Origin: Longimicrobiales bacterium
Lineage (GTDB): Bacteria; Gemmatimonadota; Gemmatimonadetes; Longimicrobiales; Gaopeijiaceae
Assembly (NCBI GenBank): GCA_965203485.1
Contig: OZ241892.1
Location: 2,720,001-2,784,000 of the forward strand
Direction of reading: 5' to 3'
Length of the DNA stretch: 64,000 bases
Positions within the stretch are counted from its first letter, which is position 1. Each line of letters starts with the position of its first letter. Positions 27,991 through 39,002 of this stretch are shown here, piece after piece. Position numbers and translations under genes: made by a program. The notes beneath the pieces are model-generated. The model had not been told where the DNA came from. It made no database searches and saw nothing but the letters and a program-made list of their open reading frames with translations.

Positions 27991-28269
27991 CGCCTCGTGG
28001 ATTCTTGCAAAGCTGACCAAGGGAACCTCCGGCTTTCGCCCAGTTCAGATGATGACGGTTGCGACGCCGCGCACCGGCGTGGCAGTAAAGTTCGGGCAGA
28101 CGGGACCGAAACGCAAGGGCGCCCATAGTGGCCGAGGCGACTGGTCCGCGTCAAGCTGCGCCGCTCGCGCCCCGAGCCGGCCCGGTTCGTCTGCAAAGAC
28201 GCGACCCTCCGTGCGCGCGCCGACGCGGCGACATCGTTCGGGCCGCCCGGTCGAGCCCGCGCAACCTTG

Positions 28270-29097
28270 TCAGTGCGCGCGCCGCCACGTCCACTCCGGA
28301 GAACGATACCTGTCCTCGAGGCGTCCCGCCAAAGCCAGTTCCGGCTTCGACCAGGATCCGCGTGTCCACGTCCCGCCCAGACGACGCTCGAAGCCTTTGG
28401 CAAAGGCGTCCACCAAGCGGCTCCACGACGGCCTCTCCTCGAGCAGGTCCGCCAGCGTCGTGCACCGAGCGTCCTGGTCCAGCGACTGCCGGCCGTTCGC
28501 TCCGGGCGCAAGCAGGGCCCGCTGGTCGGCCAGCAAGAGGATCGATCCGTGCTGGAGCATCGCGTCCCCGATGCGCGCCTGCGCGCTGCCCGCGAGCTTG
28601 CATCCGTTCACCACGACCTCGCCGCTCGCCGATCCGAAGAAGCACGGCCCAGCGCCGGGACCCGGCGCCCCGTTCCCCGCTTCCCCAGGGCTCTCGGCGC
28701 ATCGGGCGTCCACGCCGAGCCGGCGCAACCCGTCCACCAGCCCCTCGTTGATCCGGCGGTAGGCGTCGCGCAGGCCGCCGAGCGCGCGCAACGGCGCCAC
28801 CACCGAATAGGTCATCTCGCCGTCGTGGATCACCGCGCGTCCGCCGGTCGGACGGCGAACAGCATCCAGATCGGGGCGCTCGCGCAACAGCCGCCGGTAG
28901 GAGACGGTCACCGGTTCGTTGCGGCCGAACGAGAGCGCGGCCGGCTCCCAGCGATAGAACCGGAGCGTGCCGCTCCCCGTGGCCGGACTTGACGCCAGCG
29001 CGTGATCGCGGGCCATGTTGACCGGGCCGGGCCGGGCTTCGTCCACCAGAATTCGCCAGTCCAGTTCCCGCTCCTCTTCCTCGCGCACCTCGGCCAC
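28270..29097 (-). CDS. Lipoate-protein ligase family / LipM-type octanoyltransferase
   Basis: NMARD, LRFYRW..ALSFG, VRRPTGGRAVIH, KLAGSAQ, LQHGSI; same cluster as gcvH/gcvP. Confidence 0.88.
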   Translation of the reverse strand: MAEVREEEERELDWRILVDEARPGPVNMARDHALASSPATGSGTLRFYRWEPAALSFGRNEPVTVSYRRLLRERPDLDAVRRPTGGRAVIHDGEMTYSVVAPLRALGGLRDAYRRINEGLVDGLRRLGVDARCAESPGEAGNGAPGPGAGPCFFGSASGEVVVNGCKLAGSAQARIGDAMLQHGSILLLADQRALLAPGANGRQSLDQDARCTTLADLLEERPSWSRLVDAFAKGFERRLGGTWTRGSWSKPELALAGRLEDRYRSPEWTWRRAH

Positions 29098-29167
29098 TCC
29101 CCGTTTCGGACTCGCCCGTCTCGCCTCGCGTCGCCCCGCCGTCGCCGCCCGGTCGCCCAAGGCCCGT

Positions 29168-29854
29168 TCAGAGGGCCAGCACGTCTCCCGGAGCCATGAC
29201 GTGGACTCGGGCCCTGTCGCCGACGAGCGCTCGGAACCGCTCGGGATCCTGCTCGATCACCGGCCACGTGTCGTAGTGCATCGGCACGACGATCTCGGGC
29301 TCGATGAGCTCCACGGCGCGGGCGGCGTCCTCCGGCCCCATCGTGAAGTTGTCGCCGATCGGCAGAAGGGCGACGTCCACCTGGCCCCGCAGAAGCTGCA
29401 TGTCGAGCGTCAGGCCCGTGTCGCCTGCGTGATGGATCCGCTTGCCGTCCACGTCCAGCACGAGTCCGGCGGCGCTGGTCGTGAAGCGGCCGCTCTCGTC
29501 TCCGTGCACTTGGCCGCCGTGGACCGCCGCGGTCATCTTCACGCTCCCGAACGGAAAGGCGAAGCGGCCGCCGACGTGCATGGCGTGCGTTCGGACGATG
29601 CCCTGCGACTCCGCGAACGCCGCGATCTCATAGCTGCCGATCACTGTCGCCCCCGTCTCGCGCGCCAGCGGGATCGCGTCGGCGAAGTGGTCGGTGTGCC
29701 CGTGCGTGCACAGCACGTAGTCCACGCGGCCCGCCTCCGAACGCTTGATGTTCGAGACCGGGTTGTCGTCGAAGAAGGGATCGACGACGAGGCGCGTGCC
29801 GTCGCCGGCTTCGATCGTGAACGTGGCGTGTCCGTGAAAGACGAGGCGTGCCAT
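29168..29854 (-). CDS. Metal-dependent hydrolase, metallo-beta-lactamase fold (UPF0173-like)
   Basis: HGHA, DPF, THGHTDH, AVHG, HAGDT, LPIGDNFTMGP, PMHYDTW. Confidence 0.92.
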   Translation of the reverse strand: MARLVFHGHATFTIEAGDGTRLVVDPFFDDNPVSNIKRSEAGRVDYVLCTHGHTDHFADAIPLARETGATVIGSYEIAAFAESQGIVRTHAMHVGGRFAFPFGSVKMTAAVHGGQVHGDESGRFTTSAAGLVLDVDGKRIHHAGDTGLTLDMQLLRGQVDVALLPIGDNFTMGPEDAARAVELIEPEIVVPMHYDTWPVIEQDPERFRALVGDRARVHVMAPGDVLAL

Positions 29855-29882
29855 GGCTTCTGTTGTCTCCCCAAGCAAGGGC

Positions 29883-32755
29883 TTATGCGCGGGCGGGCGC
29901 TCCCGCTTCGTAGGCGTCGAGAGGCGGACAGGCGCACACCAAGTTGCGGTCGCCGGCGGCGTTGTCGACGCGGCCCACGAAGGGCCAGAACTTGTGCTGC
30001 GCCTGCCAAGGGGCCGGAAAGACGGCCCGGCGCCGCGAGTAGCCGTGGGACCATTCGCCGGCAACGACGGCTTGCGCGGTGTGGGGCGCATTCTTGAGAA
30101 GGTTGTCGTCTCGGTCCTGGCGGCCGTCCTCGATTTCGGCGATCTCGCCCCGGATCGCGACGAGCGCGTCGCAGAAGCGGTCCAGCTCCGCCTTCGACTC
30201 GCTCTCGGTGGGCTCGATCATGATCGTCCCCGGCACCGGAAATGCCATCGTCGGAGCGTGAAAGCCGTAGTCCATGAGACGCTTCGCCACGTCCTCTTCC
30301 GTGACGCCGGCCGACTTCCTGAACGGACGAAGATCGATGATGAACTCGTGCGCGACGCGGCCGTTGCCGACGCCCCACCAGTACAGGATGTCGAAGTGGG
30401 ACTCCAGGCGCACGGCCATGTAGTTGGCGGACAGAATCGCGGTGCGCGTCGCCTCGGCCAAGCCGGTCCGCCCGAGCAGGGCGACGTAGGCCCACGAGAT
30501 CAAGAGGATGCTGGCGCTGCCCATGGGCGCCGCCGCCACCGGCCCCGACGCCTCCGGCGGCGTTCCGGGATCGAGCGGGTGACCCGGAAGGTGCGGCGCC
30601 AGCTCCGCGCTCGCGCAGATCGGCCCCATGCCGGGACCGCCGCCGCCATGAGGAATCGCAAAGGTCTTGTGCAGGTTGATGTGGACGACGTCGGCGCCGT
30701 AGTCGCCGGGACGGCAGAGACCGACCTGCGCGTTGAGGTTGGCGCCGTCGAGGTAGACGTAGCCGCCGTGCTCGTGGACGATGGCGCAGATGTCGCGGAT
30801 ATCGGCTTCGAAGACGCCGTGAGTGGACGGATACGTCACCATGATCGCGGCCAGCTGGTCGCTGTGGGCGGCCGCCTTCGCCGCCAAGTCTCGCGTGTCC
30901 ACGTTGCCGCGCTCGTCGCAGTTGACGACCACGACGTTCATGCCGGCGAGCACGGCGCTGGCCGGGTTGGTCCCGTGGGCCGACGACGGAATCAGGCAGA
31001 CGTTGCGGCCCGCCTGTCCGAGCGCCTTGAGCCGCGCGCGGATCACCAGCAGGCCGGCGAGTTCGCCCTGGGCGCCCGAGTTGGGTTGCAGCGAGACCGC
31101 GGGAAGCCCGCTGATCTCGGCCAGCCAGCTTCGCAGTTCGCGCGCGATCCGCTCGTACCCCTTGGCCTGTTCGGCGGGCGCGAACGGGTGAAGCCCGCCG
31201 AACTCGGGCCACGTCACCGGCGTCATCTGGGTGGTGGCGTTGAGCTTCATCGTGCAGGAGCCGAGCGGGATCATGCTCGTGTTGAGCGACAGGTCGCGGG
31301 TCTCGAGGCGGTGGATGTAGCGCAGCATTTCCGTCTCGGAGCGATGCGAGTTGAAGACGGGATGCTCCAAGTAGGGCGTCTCGCGCCCCAGCGGCGGCGC
31401 GTATCGGCCCGGGTCGAAGGGCTCGGCCCGCGGCGCCCCGAACGCGTCCAGCAGGTCGGCCAAGTCGCCTTCGTCGACGGTCTCGTCCAGCGCGACGCCC
31501 AAAGTGCCGTCGCCGAAGTCGCGCAAGTTGATGCGCTTGCGCGCCGGGCGTCCACCACCGCCCCGGAGCCGGTGGCCGGGCGGACGCGCACCGTGTCGAA
31601 GAAGTCGGCGTGAACGAGCGAGTGGCCCGCCGCGGCCAACCCTCGGGCGAGGGTCGCCGTCTGGGCCCGCACGCGCTCGGCGATGCCGCGAATCCCCCGC
31701 GGGCCGTGGTACGCCGCGTACATGCCCGCCATGACGGCCAACAGAACCTGCGCCGTGCAAATGTTCGACGTCGCGCGCTCGCGCCGGATGTGCTGCTCGC
31801 GCGTCTGCAGCGCCATCCGCATCGCCGGGGCGCCGTGGCGGTCGGTGGACACGCCGATGATGCGTCCGGGCATGGCGCGCTTGAATTCCTCGCGGCACGC
31901 GATGTACGCCGCGTGCGGTCCGCCGTAGCCCATGGGCACGCCGAAGCGCTGCGTGGCGCCGACGGCCACATCCGCGCCGAACTCGCCCGGCGGCGCCAGC
32001 AGGGCCAGCGCCAGCAAGTCGGCCGCGGCGACTACCCGGCTGTCCGCCTCGTGGGCGGCCGCGCACAGCGCCCGGTAGTCGCGCACCAAGCCGTCGGTCG
32101 CCGGATACTGCACCAACGCCCCGAAGACCGTCTCGTCGAACGAGAACTCCTCGACGCGCCGCACTCGCACCTCGATCCCCAGGGGGTCGGCGCGCGTCTC
32201 GACGACGCCGATGGTCTGCGGATGACAGTCCGCCGCCACGAGGAACACGTCGCCGCGCCGCCGCCGCCCGCGGCCTCGCAGCATGCACATCGCCTCGGCC
32301 GCCGCCGTGGCTTCGTCCAGGAGCGATGCGTTGGCGATGGGAAGACCCGTGAAGTCGATGACCGCCGTCTGGAAGTTGAGCAGGGCTTCCAGCCTCCCTT
32401 GCGCAATCTCGGCCTGATACGGCGTGTACTGCGTGTACCAGCCGGGATTCTCCAGGATGTTCCGCTGAATGACGCCCGGCGTGATCGTGCCCGAGTACCC
32501 CATGCCCAAGTAGCTGCGCCACACGCGGTTCTCGGAAGCGATCTCGTGCAGCGTCGCGATCAGCTGGGCTTCGGCGACTCCTTCGGGCAAGTCCAACGGC
32601 CGGCCCAGCCGGATGTCGGCCGGGAGCGTCTGGTCCATCAGTTCGTCCAGCGTCGCGCAACCGACGGCCTCGAGCATCTCGGCCGCGTCCGAGGGCGAAG
32701 GCCCGAGGTGGCGTCCCGGAAAGTCGGGGGAATGCCCGACCGGCGAGGATTTCAT
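29883..32755 (-). CDS. gcvP: Glycine dehydrogenase (glycine cleavage P protein), 1-nt frameshift near 31546
   Basis: N-terminal frame: [46 protein letters not shown]-terminal frame: [38 protein letters not shown]. Confidence 0.95.
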
Positions 32756-32792
32756 GGGCCTTTCGGGCGATCGCGGGGGTTCGGTGGCGCGC

Positions 32793-33185
32793 CTATTCGG
32801 CGCCGACGTGGAGCTCGTAGCCCACGCTGTCCAGGAGATTCTCGACCTCGGCCACGTCGTCGACCCTCAGCTTGACCATCCACCCCTCGCCGTACGGATC
32901 GCTGTTGACCAGCGCAGGGTCGTCGTGGACCGCCTCGTTCACGTCGACGACCTCGCCCGCGACCGGACAGTAGAGATCGCTCACGGCCTTGACCGCTTCG
33001 ATCGTCCCGAAGGCTTCCATGTGCGCGAACGAGTCGCCGGGCTCCGGCAACTCCAAGTACACGACGTCCCCCAGCTCGCCCTGCGCGTAGTCGGTGATGC
33101 CGACGACGTAGACGCCGGGCTGGTCCGTCTCCCGGAGGTACTCGTGCTCCATCGTGTACTTGAGGTCTTCGGGGACTTGAGACAT
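32793..33185 (-). CDS. gcvH: Glycine cleavage system H protein
   Basis: [24 protein letters not shown] (lipoyl Lys), NSDPYGEGW. Confidence 0.96.
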   Translation of the reverse strand: MSQVPEDLKYTMEHEYLRETDQPGVYVVGITDYAQGELGDVVYLELPEPGDSFAHMEAFGTIEAVKAVSDLYCPVAGEVVDVNEAVHDDPALVNSDPYGEGWMVKLRVDDVAEVENLLDSVGYELHVGAE

Positions 33186-33502
33186 CGCCATCTCCGCATG
33201 GTGGTTGCGCCCAAACGGCCTGAAGCCGTGAGAAGAAAAACGACAAGCAGGGCGGCGTCAACCCTCGACGCTGAAGAGCGCCGGCGTGTCCGTCCTCTTC
33301 GGGCGCGTTTAGATTTGTCGGTCGCGGGGGATCTTTGGACCGAGAGAGGTGCGAAGACCGGCGCGGAGAAGGCTGGACGCACCAAGGTCCGGTTGCGCCG
33401 GCGGCGACGGACGCCGCGCGGGACGCATCCTGCTCTCGAAGGACCGGCGGGCCGCGCTCCGCCGTCCCTCGCCCAACTCCCAGCCATCCCACGCCGACAA
33501 CG

Positions 33503-34666
33503 ATGACGACCCTCGCCCGCGCCCCTTCGCTCACGACGATCGCCGAGGACGAAGCAATGTTCCGCGACGCCGTCCGCGAGTTTGCGGAATCGGAGGTCGC
33601 GCCCCGGGTGGCGCCGATGGACGCCGAGGAGAGGATCGACCCGGAATTGGTGTCCGGGCTGTTCGAGCTGGGCGTGATGGGAATGGAGATTCCCGAGCAG
33701 TACGGCGGCGTCGGCGGTTCCTTCTTTGCGGCCGTGCTGGTCGTCGAGGAGCTCTCGCGCGTGGACCCGTCCGTGGCCGTGCTGGTGGACGTGCAGAACA
33801 CGCTGGTCGCCAACGCGCTCCTCCGGTGGGGCACCCCGGACCAGCACGCGCGCTATCTGCCCGACTTGGCCGCGACCACCGTCGGCGCCTACGCGCTCTC
33901 GGAAGCCGGCAGCGGTTCGGACGCTTTCGGGTTGTCGTTGCGCGCCAAGCAGGAAGGGTCCGACTGGGTCCTCAGCGGGCGCAAGATGTGGATCACCAAC
34001 GGCGCCGAAGCGGGCATCTTCGTGATCTTCGGCACCATCGATCCGGCGCTCGGCTACAAGGGCATCACAGCCTTCCTCGTGGAAGGCGGCGCTCCGGGGT
34101 TCTCGGTCGGCAAGAAGGAGGACAAGCTTGGAATCCGCGCGTCGTCCACGACGGAACTCGTTCTCGACGGCGTGCGCGTGCCCGCCGAGAACGTCCTCGG
34201 CGAAGTCGGCAAGGGCTACAAGGTGGCGATCGAGACGCTCAACGAGGGCCGGATCGGGATCGGGGCGCAGATGACCGGACTCGCCCAAGGCGCACTTGAA
34301 CACACGTTGCGCTACGTGCAGGAGCGGGAACAGTTCGGGCGGCCGGTCGGCGAGTTTCAGGGCGTGCAGTTTCAGCTCGCGGAGATGGCGACCGACATCG
34401 AGGCCGCCCGGCTGATGGTCTACAACGCCGCCCGGCTGAAGGACGAGGGCGCCGCGTTCCTCCGCCAGAGCGCGATGGCCAAGCTCTTCGCGTCGAGGGT
34501 GGCGCAGTCCGTGTCTTCGCGTTGCGTGGACTTGCACGGGGGCTACGGGTTTACTCGCGAGTATCCCGTGGAGAAGTTCTATCGAGACGCCAAGATCGGC
34601 ACCATCTACGAGGGCACCGACAACATGCAGCTCCAGACAATCGCCAAGGACCTGCTTCGTGAATGA
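33503..34666 (+). CDS. Acyl-CoA dehydrogenase (short/branched-chain type)
   Basis: YALSEAGSGSD, KMWITN, KEDKLGIRASST, LNEGRIGI, REQFG, HGGYGF, IYEGT. Confidence 0.95.
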   Translation: MTTLARAPSLTTIAEDEAMFRDAVREFAESEVAPRVAPMDAEERIDPELVSGLFELGVMGMEIPEQYGGVGGSFFAAVLVVEELSRVDPSVAVLVDVQNTLVANALLRWGTPDQHARYLPDLAATTVGAYALSEAGSGSDAFGLSLRAKQEGSDWVLSGRKMWITNGAEAGIFVIFGTIDPALGYKGITAFLVEGGAPGFSVGKKEDKLGIRASSTTELVLDGVRVPAENVLGEVGKGYKVAIETLNEGRIGIGAQMTGLAQGALEHTLRYVQEREQFGRPVGEFQGVQFQLAEMATDIEAARLMVYNAARLKDEGAAFLRQSAMAKLFASRVAQSVSSRCVDLHGGYGFTREYPVEKFYRDAKIGTIYEGTDNMQLQTIAKDLLRE

Positions 34667-34732
34667 CGGCGGCGGACCGGCCGCCGCCGGACGCGCGACC
34701 ACCGCGCCCGCGACCCGCCGCCCGGAGGAACC

Positions 34733-34972
34733 ATGCCGTCCCTAGGACTCAAGGAGATTCTCTTCCTCGTAGGGCTCGTCGTGCTGTTCTTCGGGGCCAA
34801 GCGCATCCCCGACATCGCGAAGGGGCTGGGGACCGGGATCAGGAACTTCAAGATGTCGCTCCGACCGGGCGGGCGGAGAGACGAGGAAGAGGCGCCGCTC
34901 CTGAAGGGCAAGGCAGGGTCGCCGGAAGGGACCCAGCGAAGCGTCCCGGAGGACGGCGACGGCGCTGTCTGA
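34733..34972 (+). CDS. tatA: Twin-arginine translocase TatA/E subunit
   Basis: TM segment then FFGAKRIPDIAKGLGTGIRNFK; GGAGG RBS. Confidence 0.92.
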   Translation: MPSLGLKEILFLVGLVVLFFGAKRIPDIAKGLGTGIRNFKMSLRPGGRRDEEEAPLLKGKAGSPEGTQRSVPEDGDGAV

Positions 34973-35053
34973 GTCCGCGCACAGCGCCGGGCACCGCACG
35001 CGCAAGGGCGCTCTGGCGCATCGGGCGCGACCGCTGTCGCCGGGCGTCCGCGC

Positions 35054-36319
35054 GTGAAGCGCGCCCCAGGCCCGGGCGGGATCGGCGCCAAGCCCGCGGC
35101 CCGGACCCCGGGCGTCGCGGGCGCGCCCCCGAAGCTCGGCGTGCTCTTCGCCACCGTGCTTGTGGACTTGGTCGGTTTCGGCATCGTCCTGCCGGTGTTG
35201 CCGCTCTACGCGAGGGAGTTCGGCGCCGACGGGTTCGGCGCCGGGCTGCTGGTGGCGGTCTACTCGCTCGTGCAACTGCTCATGGCGCCGCTTTGGGGCC
35301 GGGTCTCCGACCGCATCGGACGACGCCCGGTTCTGATTCTGGGCCTGTTGGGCAGCGGGTTCGCCTACCTGGCTTTCGCGCGTGCCGACTCGCTGGCCGC
35401 GCTCTTCGCGTCGCGAGTCGTCGGCGGCATCGGCGGCTCGACGATCCCGGTGGCGCAGGCGTACATCGCCGACGTGACGCCGCCGACGCGGCGGGCGGGC
35501 AACATGGGCTTGATCGGCGCCGCCTTCGGGCTCGGCTTCGTGATCGGCCCGGCCCTCGGCGTCTACGTTTCCGGCCTGCATCCGGGCTCCCCGGCCGGGC
35601 CGGGCTACTTGGCCGCGGCGCTCTGCCTCGCCAACGCGGCGTTCGCTTTCGCGGCGCTGCCCGAGCCGAACAAGGCCGGCGGCGGCCCACGCCGCGCGAG
35701 CTTGATCGCCTCGCTGGCCGAAGCGGCGCGCACGCCGCAAGTTCGGCTCGCGCTGGCAACCTACCTGTGCATCACGCTTGCGTTCTCGACGCTTCAACCC
35801 ACGCTGTCGCTACTCGCGAACGAGCGCTTCGGATGGACGGAGAGGCACGCGTCGCTTCTGTTCCTGCTGCTGGGCGTGGTGTCCGCCGTCGTGCAGGGGG
35901 GGATCGTGCGGACCGCGGTACCGCGCATCGGCGAACGGGCGCTGCTGCGGGTGGGAACGTTGCCGTTCGCGGCGGGACTGCTGATGGTGGGCGCGGCGGA
36001 CGGGACCGGGAGCCTGCTGGCGGGCTTGGCTCTAGTAGGCGTGGGTTACGGGTTCTCGGTGCCCTGCGTGCTGGGCCTCGTGTCGCGCGCGGTCGATCCG
36101 CGGCGACAAGGCGCCGGCCTGGGCATCGGACAGAGCGTGGGGTCGCTGGCCAGGGTCGTGGGACCGGCGACCGCGGGCTGGTTGTTCGACGCCGGAACTG
36201 CGTTTCCGTACGTCGCGGGCGCGGCGCTGATCGGCGTCGCCTTCCTCGCGTCGCGCGGCGTCCTTCAGCCCCCAGCGGAACGCGTCCGGCGGCCCGGACG
36301 GGAAGCGACCTGCCCGTGA
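35054..36319 (+). CDS. MFS transporter, TetA/DHA1-like
   Basis: VDLVGFGIVLPVLP, motif A GRVSDRIGRRP, AQAYIAD, motif C GFVIGPALG; many TM segments. Confidence 0.9.
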   Translation: MKRAPGPGGIGAKPAARTPGVAGAPPKLGVLFATVLVDLVGFGIVLPVLPLYAREFGADGFGAGLLVAVYSLVQLLMAPLWGRVSDRIGRRPVLILGLLGSGFAYLAFARADSLAALFASRVVGGIGGSTIPVAQAYIADVTPPTRRAGNMGLIGAAFGLGFVIGPALGVYVSGLHPGSPAGPGYLAAALCLANAAFAFAALPEPNKAGGGPRRASLIASLAEAARTPQVRLALATYLCITLAFSTLQPTLSLLANERFGWTERHASLLFLLLGVVSAVVQGGIVRTAVPRIGERALLRVGTLPFAAGLLMVGAADGTGSLLAGLALVGVGYGFSVPCVLGLVSRAVDPRRQGAGLGIGQSVGSLARVVGPATAGWLFDAGTAFPYVAGAALIGVAFLASRGVLQPPAERVRRPGREATCP

Positions 36320-37164
36320 CCGCCGAGCCCGCCGCCCAGCGCGACGACGGCCAGTCCCGCCTGGACCGGATCATCGTGGTGCTCCACCAGCCGCAGAAAC
36401 TGGTCAACATCGCCGGCGCCGTCCGCGCGATGGCAAACATGGGCCTTCGGCGCTTGACGCTGGTTCAGCCGGCCGAGTTCGACGCCCGCCGGATCGCTGG
36501 AATCGCCCACCGGACCGAGCACATCGTCGAGCGCGCGGCCGTCGTCTCGTCGTTGCGGGCGGCTCTGGCGCGCTGCGTGTACGTGGTCGGCGCCTCCGCG
36601 CGTGCCCGGACCGCCCAGCGCAACTACCACCGGCCCCGCCAATTGGCGCCGAAGATTCTCCAGCGTGCAGGCGCGGGCCCGGTGGCGCTCGTGTTCGGCC
36701 GCGAGGATCGCGGCCTCTCGAACGCGGAGCTCGACCGATGCCACGACCTCCTGGTGGCGCCGACCATGCCCGAGTACCCATCGCTCAACTTGGCTCATGC
36801 GGTGTTGGTGGCCGCCTACGAGCTCTTTCTGGCGGACGCGGACCCCGCCCCGTTGCCGAGCGGCAAGCGTTCGTTGGGCCCGGCTTCCGCCGAAGAGACG
36901 GAAGAGATGTACGCGACGCTCGAGGCCGGCCTGCGCCAGATCGACTTCTTCAAGGCGCGCAAGCCCGACAGCGTCATGCGCACGTTGCGAACGGTCTTCG
37001 GCCGCACGACGCTCGACGCGCACGAAGCCCGCCTGCTGCGCTCCGTCGGCTACGAGGTGCGCAATCATGCGGCCCGGACGGCGGTGGAGGAACGCTCCGA
37101 CCAACGGAGCGACGCAACCGGCGGGAACTCGGGTTCGGCCTTGCGAACGCGGCAGGAGCGTTAG
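36316..37164 (+). CDS. trmJ: TrmJ/LasT-family SPOUT RNA methyltransferase
   Basis: NIAGAVRAMANMG, VFGREDRGLSN, SLNLAHAV; GTGA overlap with the MFS stop. Confidence 0.85.
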   Translation: MTAEPAAQRDDGQSRLDRIIVVLHQPQKLVNIAGAVRAMANMGLRRLTLVQPAEFDARRIAGIAHRTEHIVERAAVVSSLRAALARCVYVVGASARARTAQRNYHRPRQLAPKILQRAGAGPVALVFGREDRGLSNAELDRCHDLLVAPTMPEYPSLNLAHAVLVAAYELFLADADPAPLPSGKRSLGPASAEETEEMYATLEAGLRQIDFFKARKPDSVMRTLRTVFGRTTLDAHEARLLRSVGYEVRNHAARTAVEERSDQRSDATGGNSGSALRTRQER

Positions 37165-37222
37165 CTTTGCTGCATCGCATCACGCGCGCCAGCCCGCCTA
37201 AGGGGCACGCCCGGAGGGCAAC

Positions 37223-38011
37223 TTGATCCAACCTCGAAGCGCCGTCGCCGACGGTCGCCGACGGCCCACGGTGTCCGTGGTGGTGCCGGTCCTGAACGAC
37301 GCCCGCCTTCGGCATGCAATCGATTCCGTGCTCGCGCAGACTTATCGCCCGGCGCCCGAGCTTGTGGTCGTCGACGGCGGTTCGACCGACGAGGCGACGC
37401 TCAACGTGCTGGCCAAGTACCGGAGCCGCATCTCGGTTCTCGTTCGAGGACCCGACGGCGGGATATTCGAAGGCATCAACAAGGGCAACCGGCGCGCCGG
37501 CGGCGAAGTGATCGGGTTCCTGGGAGCCGACGACCGCTACGCCGATCCGAAAGCGATCGAGGACGCGATGGCGCTCTTCGACGACGAGAGCTTGGACGCC
37601 TGCTACGGAGACGCGGTCTACGTGGATGGCGACGACAATGTCGTGCGCTACTGGAGGACGGAGACCCATTCCCTGCTCAAGCTGTACTGCGGGTGGCAAC
37701 CGCCTCATCCCGCCACCTTCATACGCCGGGGCGTCTTCGATCGCTACGGAGGCTTCAAGACCGAGTATCGCATCTGTGCCGACTACGAGTTCTTCCTTCG
37801 CGTAATGCTGAAGCACCGCATCAACGCGAAGTACCTTCACCGCACGATCGCGAAGATGGCCCCCGGCGGCACAAGCTCCGCCTTCGTGAGGGGCAACATC
37901 GAAGTCGTGGGCATGCCGTGGCGCCTCGGCTTGTACGGCGCCCTCTTCGTGCCGTTCCTGAAGCCCGCGAGAAAAGTGCCGCAGCGCTGGCACCGGCAGG
38001 CCGCCGGATGA
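37223..38011 (+). CDS. Family 2 glycosyltransferase (WcaE/WfgS-like)
   Basis: SVVVPVLN, VVDGGSTD, DGGIFEGINKG, FLGADD, PPHPATF, ADYEF. Confidence 0.9.
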   Translation: MIQPRSAVADGRRRPTVSVVVPVLNDARLRHAIDSVLAQTYRPAPELVVVDGGSTDEATLNVLAKYRSRISVLVRGPDGGIFEGINKGNRRAGGEVIGFLGADDRYADPKAIEDAMALFDDESLDACYGDAVYVDGDDNVVRYWRTETHSLLKLYCGWQPPHPATFIRRGVFDRYGGFKTEYRICADYEFFLRVMLKHRINAKYLHRTIAKMAPGGTSSAFVRGNIEVVGMPWRLGLYGALFVPFLKPARKVPQRWHRQAAG

Positions 38012-38976
38012 GCGTTCTCGTCACCGGCGCCGGAGGGTTCATCGGGGGACACTTGGCGGCCCGCCTCGCGGACCGCGGCCACAGCGTGCGGTGCGTCGAC
38101 CGCAAGCCCTTGACCGACTGGCACCAAGTTCACGACGCAGCCGACAACGTCGTCGCCGACCTCAGAACGCTGGATGCCTGCATGGCCTCCTGCGAAGGCA
38201 TGGACACTTGCTACCAGTTGGCTGCGGACATGGGGGGCATGGGCTTCATCGAGAAAAACAAGGCCCTGTGCATGCTTTCGGTGCTCATCAACACTCACAT
38301 GCTGCTCGCCGCCCGCGACCATGGGCTTCGATCGTTCTTTTTTTCGTCGTCGGCTTGCGTCTACAACGAGAACAAGCAGAAGAGCGTGGATGCAGTGCCT
38401 TTGCGGGAAACGGACGCGTATCCGGCCATGGCGGAAGACGGATACGGCTGGGAGAAGCTCTTTTCCGAACGCATGTGCAGGCACTTTCGCGAGGATTTCG
38501 GTTTGCGCGCGCGCGTGGCCCGGTACCACAACGTCTACGGCCCCTTCGGTTCTTGGGACGACGGAAGGGAAAAGGCCCCGGCCGCCATCTGCCGCAAGGT
38601 GATTCACGCCAAGCGCACGGGCAACCTCGACATCGAGATCTGGGGCGATGGAAGTCAGTCGCGATCGTTCATGTACATCGACGACTGCGTGAAGGGAACG
38701 TTCGACATCGCCGACAGCGACGTGACCGATCCGATCAACCTGGGCTCGAGTACGCTGACGAGCATCAACGAACTTGTGGACGCCGTCGAAGCCATCGCGG
38801 GCGTCCGGCTCGCCCGGCGCTACAAGCTGGATGCGCCCAAGGGCGTGAACGGTCGAAACAGCGACAACACGATGATCCGGGCCGAGCTGGGATGGGAACC
38901 CTCGATCGCCTTGGAGCAAGGCATCGAGAGCACGTACCGCTGGATTCACGACCAATACGTGAAGAAGTACGGCTAG
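38008..38976 (+). CDS. NAD-dependent epimerase, GDP-mannose 3,5-epimerase-like
   Basis: TGAGGFIG, LAADMGGMGFI, SSSACVY, YGWEK, REKAPAAICRK, IWGDG, GVNGRNSDN. Confidence 0.88.
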   Translation: MSVLVTGAGGFIGGHLAARLADRGHSVRCVDRKPLTDWHQVHDAADNVVADLRTLDACMASCEGMDTCYQLAADMGGMGFIEKNKALCMLSVLINTHMLLAARDHGLRSFFFSSSACVYNENKQKSVDAVPLRETDAYPAMAEDGYGWEKLFSERMCRHFREDFGLRARVARYHNVYGPFGSWDDGREKAPAAICRKVIHAKRTGNLDIEIWGDGSQSRSFMYIDDCVKGTFDIADSDVTDPINLGSSTLTSINELVDAVEAIAGVRLARRYKLDAPKGVNGRNSDNTMIRAELGWEPSIALEQGIESTYRWIHDQYVKKYG

Positions 38977-39002
38977 GCGAGGCTGCTGTGCGCGCATCGG
39001 TG

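Noticed and set aside
29883..32755. Natural two-subunit gcvPA/gcvPB or programmed frameshift
   Set aside because: The sequence is of the single-chain GcvP type, the second frame has no RBS/start at the break, and there is no slippery site; one added base restores it.
33200..33480. Possible glycine riboswitch upstream of gcvH (CTCTCTCGGTCCAAAG and a GAAGAG/CTCTTC hairpin on the minus strand)
   Set aside because: The conserved GGAGA...CCGAAG...CTCTCAGG elements are not present in the right order; an Rfam scan would be needed to rescue it.
34663..37164. Apparent 833-aa ORF
   Set aside because: It overlaps tatA and the MFS gene out of frame; only the TrmJ part from 36316 is credible.
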